A stretch of DNA of 64,000 nt. Source: Gemmatimonadales bacterium. Lineage in GTDB: Bacteria; Gemmatimonadota; Gemmatimonadetes; Gemmatimonadales; GWC2-71-9. The translations under genes and the position numbers were made by a program. Shown piece by piece: positions 1-9,796 of the stretch. The DNA is taken from contig JBFGJG010000010.1 in assembly GCA_041577295.1 (NCBI GenBank), forward strand, positions 1 to 64,000. Reading direction: 5' to 3'. The notes beneath the pieces were generated by a model. The model was not told where the DNA came from and ran no database searches. It was given only the letters and a program-made list of their open reading frames with translations. Numbering within the stretch: position 1 is the stretch's first letter; the number at the start of each line of letters is the position of its first letter.

Positions 1-3000
1 CACCGGTCGTCCAACTGGCACGGATGTGCTAAAGTCGGTTACCTCGCCGCATGTCGACCAGACTGTTGTCTCAGTCGGACCGTACAGGTTCCACAACTGC
101 CCAACCCGTTCCTTTAGCTCAGCGGCCAATTCGGGTGGCAACGCCTCACCGCCTGAGAAGGCCTTGAGATGTCGGCACCCGCTCCAGCCAGCATCGATGA
201 GTAGACGCCAGGTTGAAGGAGTGGCTTGCACGACGGTGGCGCTGCAGGCGGTGATAGCTGCAGCGAGGCGTCGGCCGTCGGATACGGTTTCCGCTTCTGC
301 GATCGCTACCCGTGCTCCGGTGATCAACGGCAGGAAGATTTCGAGCACGGAAATGTCGAAGGACAGGCTGGTCACCGCGAGAACGACATCGGTGGCGCAG
401 AGACCGGGGCGCTCACGCATGCTCATCAGGAAATTCACGACGCACCGGTGCGGCACACGCACACCTTTCGGCCTTCCCGTGGAGCCCGACGTATACATCA
501 CGTATGCCAACGAGGAACCGATCGCATCGCCCCTATCATCGGCTGCGCGATCGTGTGTGGAACCGGTTGTCGTGGTGTCGAGCGTATCTACCGGAATGAA
601 GGTGTCAACAAGGTGGTGCCAAGAGTGAGCGAGTGCTGACTCAGAAATTACGACGCTCACACCAGCATCACGGACCATGAAGGCGAGCCGCTCGTCGGGG
701 TATGCTGGATCGAGTGGGAGGTAGGCAGCACCGGCCTTCCAGATGCCCAGCACCGCCACGATCATCTCGAGCGATCGGTCGAGGGAGACCCCGACGAGAT
801 CGCCATGTGCCACGCCACATACGCGGAGATGATTGGCCAACTCGGCGGCCCTCCTGTCCAGTTCTTCGTAACACAGCGATCGCTCCTTGCAAGTGACCGC
901 CACGGCGGTTGGGGTCTGCGCCACCTGCTGCTCAAAGAGCTGATGGACTGGCGTATCGACAGGATAGTCAGCGGCGGTGTCGTTCCAGTCGACGAGTACC
1001 CGATCACGCTCGCTGGCGGAGAGCAATGGGATAGTCGAGATGGGTCGATCGGGGTCGGCGACCATCCCGCGAAGCAACCGTTCGAAACGGTCCACAAGAC
1101 CTTGGACCCGCTGTGGAGAAAACTTCTCACTGCTGTAGACGACCGTGCCCCGCAAGGCATCCCCGTCCGAGCGGAGATGCATCTCCAAGTCAAATCGCGC
1201 ACGAAGGACCGACTTGGGGACCCAAGACACGTCGATGTTCTCGAGACCCATGTCGCGTTCCCATCCATCGTGGAGTTGGAACACCACCTGCACCAGCGGA
1301 TTCCGTCCGCGTTGTCGCTCCGGTCGCAGCTCGGCCACGAGCCGTTCAAATGGGAGCTCGCGGTGGTCGTACGCGTCTAAGGAGACCTGCCGGACTCGAT
1401 GGAGGAGCGTCCTGAAGGACGGTGACCCGGACAAGTCGGTGCGAATGACCAAGGTGTTGACGAAGAATCCAATGTGGTGGGCGAGCTCGGGACGGTCGCG
1501 TCCGGCCACCGGCATCCCGACTACGATGTCAGTTTGGTCGGTTTCCCGTTGGAGCAGGCCTTGGAATCCGGCCAACAACGTCATGTTGAGCGTCGCCGCT
1601 TCCGAGCGACTCAGCTGCCCGAGTTGCCCGACGAGTTCGGCGTCCAACACGAAATCTGCTCGAGCCCCTCGATAAGTTGGGTTCGAGAGCGTGGGTTGGT
1701 CGGTCGGGAGCTCGAGGGGCGAGAGTTGGTCCAACTGAACCCGCCAGTAGTCCAGCAGCTGGGCCACGCGGTCACTTCGCAACTCTTGGCGCTGGCGAGC
1801 GGCATAGTCGACGTAGCGGACCTCGAGTTTGGGCAACGTGGCCGCTTGTCCCCGTCGATAAGCGCGATACAACTCCTTCAACTCGCGCCAAAAGACTGCA
1901 AATGACCAACCGTCGAACGCGATGTGATGAATTGTGAGAAGAAGTACGTGCTCCTCAGCACCGAGCACGATCACGGTGGCCCTGAGCATCAAATCACTCG
2001 TAAGATCGAACGGCCGATCGATTTCAGCCGTCTGCTGGCCCACGATCTCGGCTTCTCGTTCGTCGAACGGCAGATCGGTGAGATCGATGGATGGTAGCTC
2101 GAATGGTGCGATCGGCTGGATGACCTGCGTGGGGACGCCACCACGGGACTGATACGTCGTACGGAGCGGTTCGTGACGGTCGACGATCGTCTCCAGTGCC
2201 CGCCGAAGGCAGCCAACATCCAATGAGCCGCGCAGTCGCCAACCGAACGCCATGTTGTACACGGCGCGCTCGGACTCGAGTTGCTCGATGAACCACAGCC
2301 GTTCCTGGCCAAAAGATAAGGGCGCCCGGACGACCGTAAGGTCATCGTCGCGACGCTCGACACGATCCCGCGACTCGGCTGCAGCCGCCGCCGGTGCGAC
2401 GGATTGTCCGCCGATGTGCGCTGCGAGTCCCGCAATTGTGGGGGCCTCGAATAGCGTCCTGATCTTGATGTCCACTCCGAACGCCGCGGACGCTTGCGTT
2501 GCGATCAGGGCGGCCAGAAGTGAGTGCCCGCCCAAACCAAAGAAGTCGTCTGTTACCCCGACCCTCGGGACGTCGAGCACCTTCTGCCAGATCGCCACCA
2601 GTCCTTCTTCGATCGGGTTGCGTGGAGGTGTGTAGCGCGCTCCGTCCCCCTGGTCGGCATCATGAGCCGGGAGCGCCGACCGATCCACTTTTCCGTTTGG
2701 AGTCAGTGGCATTCGGTCGAGTGTCACGACGTGCCGCGGGATCATAGCAGCGGGAAGGCGCTGCGCCAGAAATCGTCGCAATTCCGGCGGTGTCACACTC
2801 GCCGACTTAGTGAGGAGGACGTAGGCAACCAGAAACGGCTGACCGTCTTCCTTACGTGCCACGACGTGACATGCGTCCACCTCCGGATGGCTGCCAAGGG
2901 CCGCACTGACCTCCGCCGGCTCGATCCGCAGGCCGAGAATCTTGATCTGATCGTCGGCGCGGCCGAGGATTTCGAGCTCGCCGTTGGGACGGTAGCGACC

Positions 3001-6000
3001 GATATCGCCCGTGAGGTAGATGAGATCCTGCGGGTCGGGGCGGTGGGGATTCGCTATGAAGCGCCGGGACTCTGTCGCTTCGGGGTTGATGTATCCCAGC
3101 GAACGAAACGGCGTGCGGATGGCCACCTCGCCTACCTCGCAGAGGCCCGCCAACCGTCCCGCCGCGTTGAGAACCAGTGCTTGGGCTTGCGGAAGCGGCC
3201 GCCCGGCGGAGAGCACGCCGTCAATGTTCGTCGCATCTGGCGGCACGCAGTAGGCCGTCTTCACCAGCGTTGTTTCTGTTGGGCCGTAGAGGTTGATGAT
3301 GAGACCCTTACCACCAGTGCGATGATGCCAGGCGTGCGTGAGATCCCCTGTGAGGGGCTCACCCGCGAAGAACGTCAACCGTAGCTGATCGAGCGCGCGA
3401 CCGGCCGGGGCGGTGCGAAGCCAGTTTTGGGCCCTGGACGGCACGACGTGCAACACGCTCACTCCGCTATCGTGTAGCCATTCCCAAACACGGCCACGGT
3501 CCTCCACATCTTCCGGCGGCAAGCAAATCGTCCCGCCGCACGTGAGTGGAAGAAAGACATCTCGCAGAATGACGTCGAACGACAGGCCAGTCAGCTGTGC
3601 AACCCGGTCTCGAGTGCCGATTGCGAACGCTTCACGCTGCCACTGGAGGAAGTGACTGAGACCTTTGTGCGAACCCAGGATTCCTTTGGGGACTCCCGTG
3701 GTTCCGGACGTGAAGAAGATGTATGCTGGCCATTCGGGCGAGATCGTTGGTCGCATGGCCTCGTGCGGATCGCGCGTGGGCGATTCCACAATCGCTCCGG
3801 TCCGTTGATCGATCTGGAGCAAAGGGATACCCGAGAAATCCAGATCGGGGGTGCCGTCGGGCCTCTCAACGAGGATCGCCGCCGCGGGCTCAACCTCGGC
3901 GGCCATGGTCCGCCGGCGTTGCACGGGAAGCCGCTCGTCGAGCAGCACGAGCACGCCACCACATTCCAAAACCGCAACCATGCTGGCGATGACACCAAAG
4001 CTGGAACGACCGGCAACGGCAACGCGATCGCCAGGTTTGATCCCCAAGCCCAGGAGATGGTCTGCAATGAGAGAAGATGTGTTACGGAGATCGGCATAGC
4101 TCCATTGCATCCCGGCTTGCATGACGGCGAGACGGTGTGGCTCGCGGTCGGCGCATCGGAGGTAAGTGGCGATGACTGGTTCCAGATCTGGCGCGGGTAG
4201 CTCTGCACTCGGATCGGGAAGGAGGGGTCGCGACGCCGGTGTCACCAAGGTGTACGTATCGATGTGCTCATCGGGTGCCGCGGCGATCTGGGCGAGGAGA
4301 TGGACATACTGCTCGAGCAAGCACTGCATGCGCTCCGCCGCGAACAAATCGGCGTCGTACACGAGCTTCAGCTCCGTCTCGTCCTCTTGCTCCCGCACAT
4401 AAACCGTGACGTCAAACTTGGAGCGTGCATAGGAAGAGCGAATCGCTCCCGTGATCCCGGAACCGGTCCACACCGTATCGTCTACAGTCACGCCATTGAA
4501 CGCGATCTGAAAGAGGGGCGACCGCGTGAGGCTCCGCTCAGGTTGCAGCGCATCCACGAGCATTTCGAACGGAATCTCCTGATGCGAGTAGGCGGCCAAT
4601 GCAGTGTCGCGCACTCGGCACAGGAGCTCTCGGAAAACGGGATTGCCCGCTAAACGGGCACGCAGGGGGAGCGGATTGAGAAAGAGCCCAATGAGATCGT
4701 CGAGTTCGGGGTCAGGTCGCCCGGAGACCGGAGCGCCGATCACGAAGTCGTCTTGGCCCGACCAGCGCTGCAAGAGAATCTGAAACGCGCTCAACAGCAC
4801 CATGAACAGTGTTGCGCGTTGCCCGAGTCCAACCGCGCGCAGCGTTCTCGTTAACTCAGGCGGGAGGGACGCAACCAGGTGTTCTCCTCGATACATTCGC
4901 TGCGTCTCTCGCGGATGATCGGTGGGCAACTCGAGGGTGGCGGGGGCTGTGTCCAGGGTATCACGCCAGTAATCGAGCAGCCGCTCGGCGCGCGCGCCGC
5001 GTAACCGGTCGCGTTGCCACGCGGCGAAGTCGGCATAGCGTACGGCCAGCGCGGGGAGGGAAGGCCGCTCTCCGAGTTTGTACGCATCGTAGAGCGCCCC
5101 TAGCTCGGACCAGAGAATAGCCACTGACCATCCGTCACACGCAATGTGGTGCAAGGTGAGCAGCAGCACGTGTTCGTCCGCACGAACGCGGAGCAACGAC
5201 GCGCGCAGCATGAGGTCGCTCGAGAGGTCGAACGGTCGGACCGCTTCCTCGGCACTGAGCATTTCCACGTCGGCGTCGGGATCGGCAGACCCTGACGCGA
5301 CGAGGTCCAGTACCGGCAAGTGGAATCGGCGCGCGGGACCTATGACCTGCTCAGGTGTCCCATCGGCACGCAGCCGGAATGTCGTACGGAGCGGCTCGTG
5401 TCGCTCGACCACTGTTTCCAACCCTCGCCGCAGTGCCTCGACATTCAGTGGACCCCGTAGCCGAACGACATACGGGATGTTGTACGCGGCCGCCTCACCC
5501 ATCACTTGCTCGGTAAACCAGAGACGTTGCTGTGCGAAGGAAAGTGGTAGGTCATCCACGTGCTCCCGATCGATACGCGGGATTCGGGTCGCTGGGGCGA
5601 GTGCCGGCGTCGTGGAGGGCGCGAGGAGAGTCGCAAACTCGGCGACGGTGGGCGCATCGAATAGAATGCTCAGGGCGATATCGACGTTCAGCGCTCTCGA
5701 CACACGGGCAACCGCCTGTGTGGCGAGAAGGGAGTGCCCACCTAGCTCGAAGAAGTTGTCGTGAACGCCGAGGTCGGGAACGCCGAGCACGTCGGACCAG
5801 ACGCTACAAAGCGTTTCCTCGAGAGTGTTACGCGGTCCCGTATGCTGTGCTCTGTTGTCGCTGCCCCGGTGTTTGGGGGCTGGAAGTGATTGACGGTCGA
5901 CCTTGCCACTCGGTGTAAGCGGTAGCGTCTCGAGGCGTACGAGGACCGACGGAATCATGTACGTGGGGAGGATACTGCTCAAATGAGATCGGAGCGCTGA

Positions 6001-8784
6001 CGGGTTGAGAGGGCCGTTTCGCTCGAGATAGTAAGCGACGAGCCGCCTGTCGCCCGGTCGGTCTTCGCGTAGTGTTGCGACCGCCTGCGCAACCCCCGTG
6101 TGTCGCTGAAGTGCCTGCTCGATTTCGCCAAGCTCGATCCGATAACCTCGAAGCTTGACCTGATCGTCGTGACGCCCCAGAAACTCGAGGTTCCCGTCGG
6201 ACCGCCAGCAGACCCGGTCGCCTGTTCGATACAAGCGCGCACCGAGTTCGGTGCTGAACGGGTGGGGCACAAAGCGCTCAGCAGTTCGCTCCGGATCTCG
6301 CCAGTAGCCACGCGCCAATCCATGGCCGCCGACACACAGCTCGCCCGGAACACCTGGTGGCAGCAAGCGAAGCTGGTCGTCGAGTACGAACACTTCCGTG
6401 TTCGCGATGGGGCGTCCGATTGGAATCGATCGCTCGTGCGGATCGAGTTCTCGGGGAATCTCGTAACAGCACGTGAAGGTCGTGCACTCGGTGGGTCCGT
6501 AGCCATTGACGAGCTTTGCCCCCTCAGCGAGGTGTTCGAGGGCACGTCGTACGTGGGGAACCGACAACGCCTCCCCACCCGTGAGGATCTGGCGAACGCC
6601 CGCGAGTCCCTCAGGGCGCGTCTCGACGAAGCGATTGAAAAGGGCCGCGGTGAGCCAGAGGGTATTGATACCCTGGCGGGCGATCAACGCCGAGAGTTGC
6701 TCGAGGTCGGGTGGTCCCGGAGGTGCGAGCACCAACCGTCCACCGTGCAGCAAGGCTCCCCAGATCTCGAACGTCGATGCATCAAACGACACCGGGGCGA
6801 GCTGGAGGATGCGCTGCTCCTCGTTCAAAAGAGCATAGTCGACCCCGAAGAGTAGTCTGACGATGGACCGGTGTCGGACTGCCACGCCTTTGGGTCTGCC
6901 GGTCGATCCGGATGTGTACAGGACGTACGCAAGGTCGTCGGCCGTAGTGGTGGCCTGCAGATTGTCGTTGGGTTCGTGCAGCTGAACGCCCAGCTCCGCG
7001 TCGACCTCCACGACGTCTCCGATACCGAGTGGGAGTCGAGCGGTAAGGTGAGCGCGTGTGACCACCACCTTGATCTCGCCATCCCGCGCCAACAGTTCCA
7101 GCCGCTCAACGGGGTAGTCTGGGTCGAGGGGCAAGTACGCTCCGCCCGCCTTGAGTATCGCGAGAAGCCCGACGATCAGCTCTACCGACCGGTCCATGCA
7201 GATGCCGACGGCGGTATTCGGTTGCACGCCAAGCGAGCGTAGGTGGTGGGCCAGGTGGTTGGCTCGCGCGTTCAGCTCCTGATAGGTGACCTCACGATCA
7301 CCAGCAATGAGCGCCACGTGGTCGGGTGCCCGCGCAACCTGCTCCTCGAATAACTGCTGGACACACTTGTCCCTGGGAAACTCCGTGCGCGTGCCGTGTT
7401 GTAGCTCGAGAAGCTGCCGACGCTCGGAGGGCGAGAGCAGCGGGACTTCCGACACTCTTTGATTGGGGCGATCCAAGAATGCGCGCAGCACGGCTTGGAG
7501 CTGGGCGAGCAAGCTGTCCGCAAGGGCGTCCTCGACCCGCGCGGTGTCGTGCTCGATCTCGAGAATGAGCTGCTCACCGCCGTAGCCACAGATCACCAAT
7601 GGGTAGTTGCTCTGTCCGTGCAGCGTGAATGTGCGGCGATCCCACGCCGGACCGTTTTCTCTCAGTCGCTCGTTCAGCTCATACCGTTCGAACGCCACGA
7701 GACTGTCGAACTCGATCGGTCGGCGGGAAGGTGGCAAGCAGGCATTGATCTCGACGAGCGGCGTTTGCTCGTGACTCCGCATGTCCCGCCAGAACGCACG
7801 AAGATCACGCAGCCACGCTACGACAGGTGCGTCGGGTTCGACATCCACGGGAACTGGCACCGTGTTGATCAACAGACCGACGCAGTTCGCGAAGCGGTGG
7901 GACGCTGACGACCTTCCTGCGCGAATGGCTCCAAAGATGACGGATCGCTGGCCTGTATAACGGCTCAAGAGGATGGACCACGCTCCCTGAATCAGCGTGT
8001 TGAGCGTCAGCCTTTCCGACGCCGCGAATGTTGCTAATCGCTGTGTGAGCTCCTTTGGCAGACGCGCTCGCTTCTTGGCGACGCGTCGCCGACCGAATAC
8101 ACTCGGCCGGTGGGAGAGATCGAGCCGTCTGGGTGGATCGTGCTGGCTGAGCAGGTTGCACCAATACGCTGCGTCGGAATCGTCATCCCGGTCCTGCAAC
8201 GCCTGGATGAATTCGCGGAACGGAGTTTTCGGTGAGAGGGTTGGCCGGCGTACGTCTCGGAGCGCAGTGTAGATTTCGAAGAGCTCCTCGACGAGGATCA
8301 GACGCGAACGCCCATCGAGAATGGCGTGATGTGACGTCCAAACGAACCGATAGCGAGCCTTGTCCAGCCGGAACAGCGTTACCCGAAACAGCGGGGCGGT
8401 GCCGAGGTCGAACCCTTGCTGCCGATCCGTTTCGAGGAATTCGTTGAGTTGACGTTCGTGCTCACCGGCTGGTACGTGATGCCAGTCGAGTTCAAACCAG
8501 GGGACCGCGACGTCGCGTCCGACGATCTGTCGGGGATGCGATTCTCCATTCCACACGAAGCGCGTTCGCAGCACGTCGTGACGAGCGGCGAGCCACCGCC
8601 ACGCGCGGTGAAACGTCTCCACGTCGAGCGCCTCGCAGAGGTCGCCGACGAACTGCTGCACGTACGCCCCCGCCTCGTTTGCCTCGAGGCTGTGGAAGAG
8701 CATGCCCTGCTGCAGCGCGGTGAGCGGATAGGCCTCACCCGTGCAGTCGACGCCGCTCCGATCGAGCGGCATGTTGCGCGGCAT
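1..8784 (-). CDS. Non-ribosomal peptide synthetase, partial (runs off window start): C-A-T-C-A-T-C-A...
   Basis: Manual translation of the minus frame (codons starting at positions divisible by 3). It gives YPLTALQQGMLFH, C1 HHAILDGRS (~8305-8331), A1 YTSGSTGRPKG...NGYGPTE, T1 DNFFELGGHS (5731-5760), C2 HHIACDGWS (~5125-5150), A2 FTSGTTGVPKG, T2 DDFFGLGGHS (2521-2550), C3 HHIAFDGWS (~1905-1930) and A3 YTSGSTGRPKG...NLYGPTETTVW. No complete long minus ORF is listed in the track, consistent with no stop before base 1. Alternative in-frame ATGs are at 8814 and 8772. Confidence 0.95.
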   Translation of the reverse strand, partial: MPRNMPLDRSGVDCTGEAYPLTALQQGMLFHSLEANEAGAYVQQFVGDLCEALDVETFHRAWRWLAARHDVLRTRFVWNGESHPRQIVGRDVAVPWFELDWHHVPAGEHERQLNEFLETDRQQGFDLGTAPLFRVTLFRLDKARYRFVWTSHHAILDGRSRLILVEELFEIYTALRDVRRPTLSPKTPFREFIQALQDRDDDSDAAYWCNLLSQHDPPRRLDLSHRPSVFGRRRVAKKRARLPKELTQRLATFAASERLTLNTLIQGAWSILLSRYTGQRSVIFGAIRAGRSSASHRFANCVGLLINTVPVPVDVEPDAPVVAWLRDLRAFWRDMRSHEQTPLVEINACLPPSRRPIEFDSLVAFERYELNERLRENGPAWDRRTFTLHGQSNYPLVICGYGGEQLILEIEHDTARVEDALADSLLAQLQAVLRAFLDRPNQRVSEVPLLSPSERRQLLELQHGTRTEFPRDKCVQQLFEEQVARAPDHVALIAGDREVTYQELNARANHLAHHLRSLGVQPNTAVGICMDRSVELIVGLLAILKAGGAYLPLDPDYPVERLELLARDGEIKVVVTRAHLTARLPLGIGDVVEVDAELGVQLHEPNDNLQATTTADDLAYVLYTSGSTGRPKGVAVRHRSIVRLLFGVDYALLNEEQRILQLAPVSFDASTFEIWGALLHGGRLVLAPPGPPDLEQLSALIARQGINTLWLTAALFNRFVETRPEGLAGVRQILTGGEALSVPHVRRALEHLAEGAKLVNGYGPTECTTFTCCYEIPRELDPHERSIPIGRPIANTEVFVLDDQLRLLPPGVPGELCVGGHGLARGYWRDPERTAERFVPHPFSTELGARLYRTGDRVCWRSDGNLEFLGRHDDQVKLRGYRIELGEIEQALQRHTGVAQAVATLREDRPGDRRLVAYYLERNGPLNPSALRSHLSSILPTYMIPSVLVRLETLPLTPSGKVDRQSLPAPKHRGSDNRAQHTGPRNTLEETLCSVWSDVLGVPDLGVHDNFFELGGHSLLATQAVARVSRALNVDIALSILFDAPTVAEFATLLAPSTTPALAPATRIPRIDREHVDDLPLSFAQQRLWFTEQVMGEAAAYNIPYVVRLRGPLNVEALRRGLETVVERHEPLRTTFRLRADGTPEQVIGPARRFHLPVLDLVASGSADPDADVEMLSAEEAVRPFDLSSDLMLRASLLRVRADEHVLLLTLHHIACDGWSVAILWSELGALYDAYKLGERPSLPALAVRYADFAAWQRDRLRGARAERLLDYWRDTLDTAPATLELPTDHPRETQRMYRGEHLVASLPPELTRTLRAVGLGQRATLFMVLLSAFQILLQRWSGQDDFVIGAPVSGRPDPELDDLIGLFLNPLPLRARLAGNPVFRELLCRVRDTALAAYSHQEIPFEMLVDALQPERSLTRSPLFQIAFNGVTVDDTVWTGSGITGAIRSSYARSKFDVTVYVREQEDETELKLVYDADLFAAERMQCLLEQYVHLLAQIAAAPDEHIDTYTLVTPASRPLLPDPSAELPAPDLEPVIATYLRCADREPHRLAVMQAGMQWSYADLRNTSSLIADHLLGLGIKPGDRVAVAGRSSFGVIASMVAVLECGGVLVLLDERLPVQRRRTMAAEVEPAAAILVERPDGTPDLDFSGIPLLQIDQRTGAIVESPTRDPHEAMRPTISPEWPAYIFFTSGTTGVPKGILGSHKGLSHFLQWQREAFAIGTRDRVAQLTGLSFDVILRDVFLPLTCGGTICLPPEDVEDRGRVWEWLHDSGVSVLHVVPSRAQNWLRTAPAGRALDQLRLTFFAGEPLTGDLTHAWHHRTGGKGLIINLYGPTETTLVKTAYCVPPDATNIDGVLSAGRPLPQAQALVLNAAGRLAGLCEVGEVAIRTPFRSLGYINPEATESRRFIANPHRPDPQDLIYLTGDIGRYRPNGELEILGRADDQIKILGLRIEPAEVSAALGSHPEVDACHVVARKEDGQPFLVAYVLLTKSASVTPPELRRFLAQRLPAAMIPRHVVTLDRMPLTPNGKVDRSALPAHDADQGDGARYTPPRNPIEEGLVAIWQKVLDVPRVGVTDDFFGLGGHSLLAALIATQASAAFGVDIKIRTLFEAPTIAGLAAHIGGQSVAPAAAAAESRDRVERRDDDLTVVRAPLSFGQERLWFIEQLESERAVYNMAFGWRLRGSLDVGCLRRALETIVDRHEPLRTTYQSRGGVPTQVIQPIAPFELPSIDLTDLPFDEREAEIVGQQTAEIDRPFDLTSDLMLRATVIVLGAEEHVLLLTIHHIAFDGWSFAVFWRELKELYRAYRRGQAATLPKLEVRYVDYAARQRQELRSDRVAQLLDYWRVQLDQLSPLELPTDQPTLSNPTYRGARADFVLDAELVGQLGQLSRSEAATLNMTLLAGFQGLLQRETDQTDIVVGMPVAGRDRPELAHHIGFFVNTLVIRTDLSGSPSFRTLLHRVRQVSLDAYDHRELPFERLVAELRPERQRGRNPLVQVVFQLHDGWERDMGLENIDVSWVPKSVLRARFDLEMHLRSDGDALRGTVVYSSEKFSPQRVQGLVDRFERLLRGMVADPDRPISTIPLLSASERDRVLVDWNDTAADYPVDTPVHQLFEQQVAQTPTAVAVTCKERSLCYEELDRRAAELANHLRVCGVAHGDLVGVSLDRSLEMIVAVLGIWKAGAAYLPLDPAYPDERLAFMVRDAGVSVVISESALAHSWHHLVDTFIPVDTLDTTTTGSTHDRAADDRGDAIGSSLAYVMYTSGSTGRPKGVRVPHRCVVNFLMSMRERPGLCATDVVLAVTSLSFDISVLEIFLPLITGARVAIAEAETVSDGRRLAAAITACSATVVQATPSTWRLLIDAGWSGCRHLKAFSGGEALPPELAAELKERVGQLWNLYGPTETTVWSTCGEVTDFSTSVPVGRPV

Positions 8785-9226
8785 TGGGTTCAGCCCACCC
8801 CGACCTGCCGCCATCGAGCGGCGTTGGGGGCCATCGGCTCGGGGAGAAGCGGGGGGGAGGGGACCGGAGTCGTCATGGTCGGCTGACGGTTCACTACACC
8901 TGCCCGGTTGTATCTAGTTGGCGTCGCGCCCAGCGCCGGTGGCTACGGCCCACTGGGTCAACGTGTTGGGGGGCAAGGTGCGTGCCTGGGTAAAGGCCTC
9001 TCGAAGGTGGTGCGCGGGCACTCTCAGGGCGGCAAAGCGACACCTGGTCGGAGGACCGGTGCCCCGGCGCAACACCCTGTGTGGATGGGGTCCTCAGTCC
9101 GCTCCTTTCGTGCCGATGTGTCGAAGGAGACGGTGGTTTCGGGCTATAGCGCCGACACGATCGGTAGGTTCGGAGAGGAGGGAGAGGCAGCGAGTGCCGT
9201 TCATCCCGCCAAACCGCCCTCCCCGC

Positions 9227-9412
9227 CTACGGGATCGCTGACCTCCGGCTGGTCACCGCCAAGGCAATTGCGATCAGCGCGAGGTTGGCGCTCGCACGCG
9301 AGAACGCTTCGGGTGTGATCCCCATCATCGTACCAAGAAACAGCGACGCCACGACCGCTAACACAAAGGCGATGACCGAAAGCACGATGAGTCCGGTGAT
9401 CAGATTGGACAC
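9227..9412 (-). CDS. Small membrane protein (61 aa, two hydrophobic segments)
   Basis: GTG start preceded by GGAGGGAG RBS. The sequence MSNLITGLIVLSVIAFVLAVVASLFLG...ANLALIAIALAV has a two-TM pattern. Confidence 0.7.
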   Translation of the reverse strand: MSNLITGLIVLSVIAFVLAVVASLFLGTMMGITPEAFSRASANLALIAIALAVTSRRSAIP

Positions 9413-9796
9413 GTCTCCCTCCGGGTGGGAATGGGACTGCGCACCGAGGCTCGGTGTCGGCTCGTAACCGCGTTCCGGTAACCTAGCTCGCGCTGGCCCT
9501 TAGGAGCACCGGCGATCCGCAGCCGCTTGTCGTTCGCGTCGTAGATGGTGATGGCGTCGGCGTTGATCTGGTTTCGGTCTCCGGAAGGTGGTTTCTGGCG
9601 AGGGAGTGTGAACGCGAGCACTGAGTGCCCGGATGCCGATGCGGATTCCACTACCGCCATCGAGCGAACGGGTGGGCCCAAGTTCTCGCCGGATGTCCCG
9701 GTCCCGGTGGGAGCGACCGTAGAGTGGGTGACTAGCTCCCATGAGCGGAGTGAAGGGAACACCGAAGGCGCGGTAGGAGCACCCCGAACGACACGA

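Noticed and set aside
8300..8340. Possible ureido-forming C domain (Val-loading first module, as in syringolin-type systems)
   Set aside because: The motif is SHHAILDG, not the EHHxxHDG signature I recall for ureido-forming C domains.
26..8886. Many plus-strand and short minus-strand ORFs over the first 8.9 kb
   Set aside because: They are shadow ORFs of the NRPS in GC-rich DNA with no recognisable motifs. The real frame is the uninterrupted minus frame.
8995..9045. GAAGG...ACTCTCAGG resembling part of a glycine riboswitch
   Set aside because: It lacks the upstream GGAGA element and P1 stem, and it is on the + strand with no downstream sense gene.
9413..9796. ORF-like stretches between the small membrane protein and the kinase (80-aa and 242-aa minus ORFs, 207-aa plus ORF)
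   Set aside because: No RBS-supported start and no recognisable domain. It may be an eroded gene fragment, but I cannot support this.
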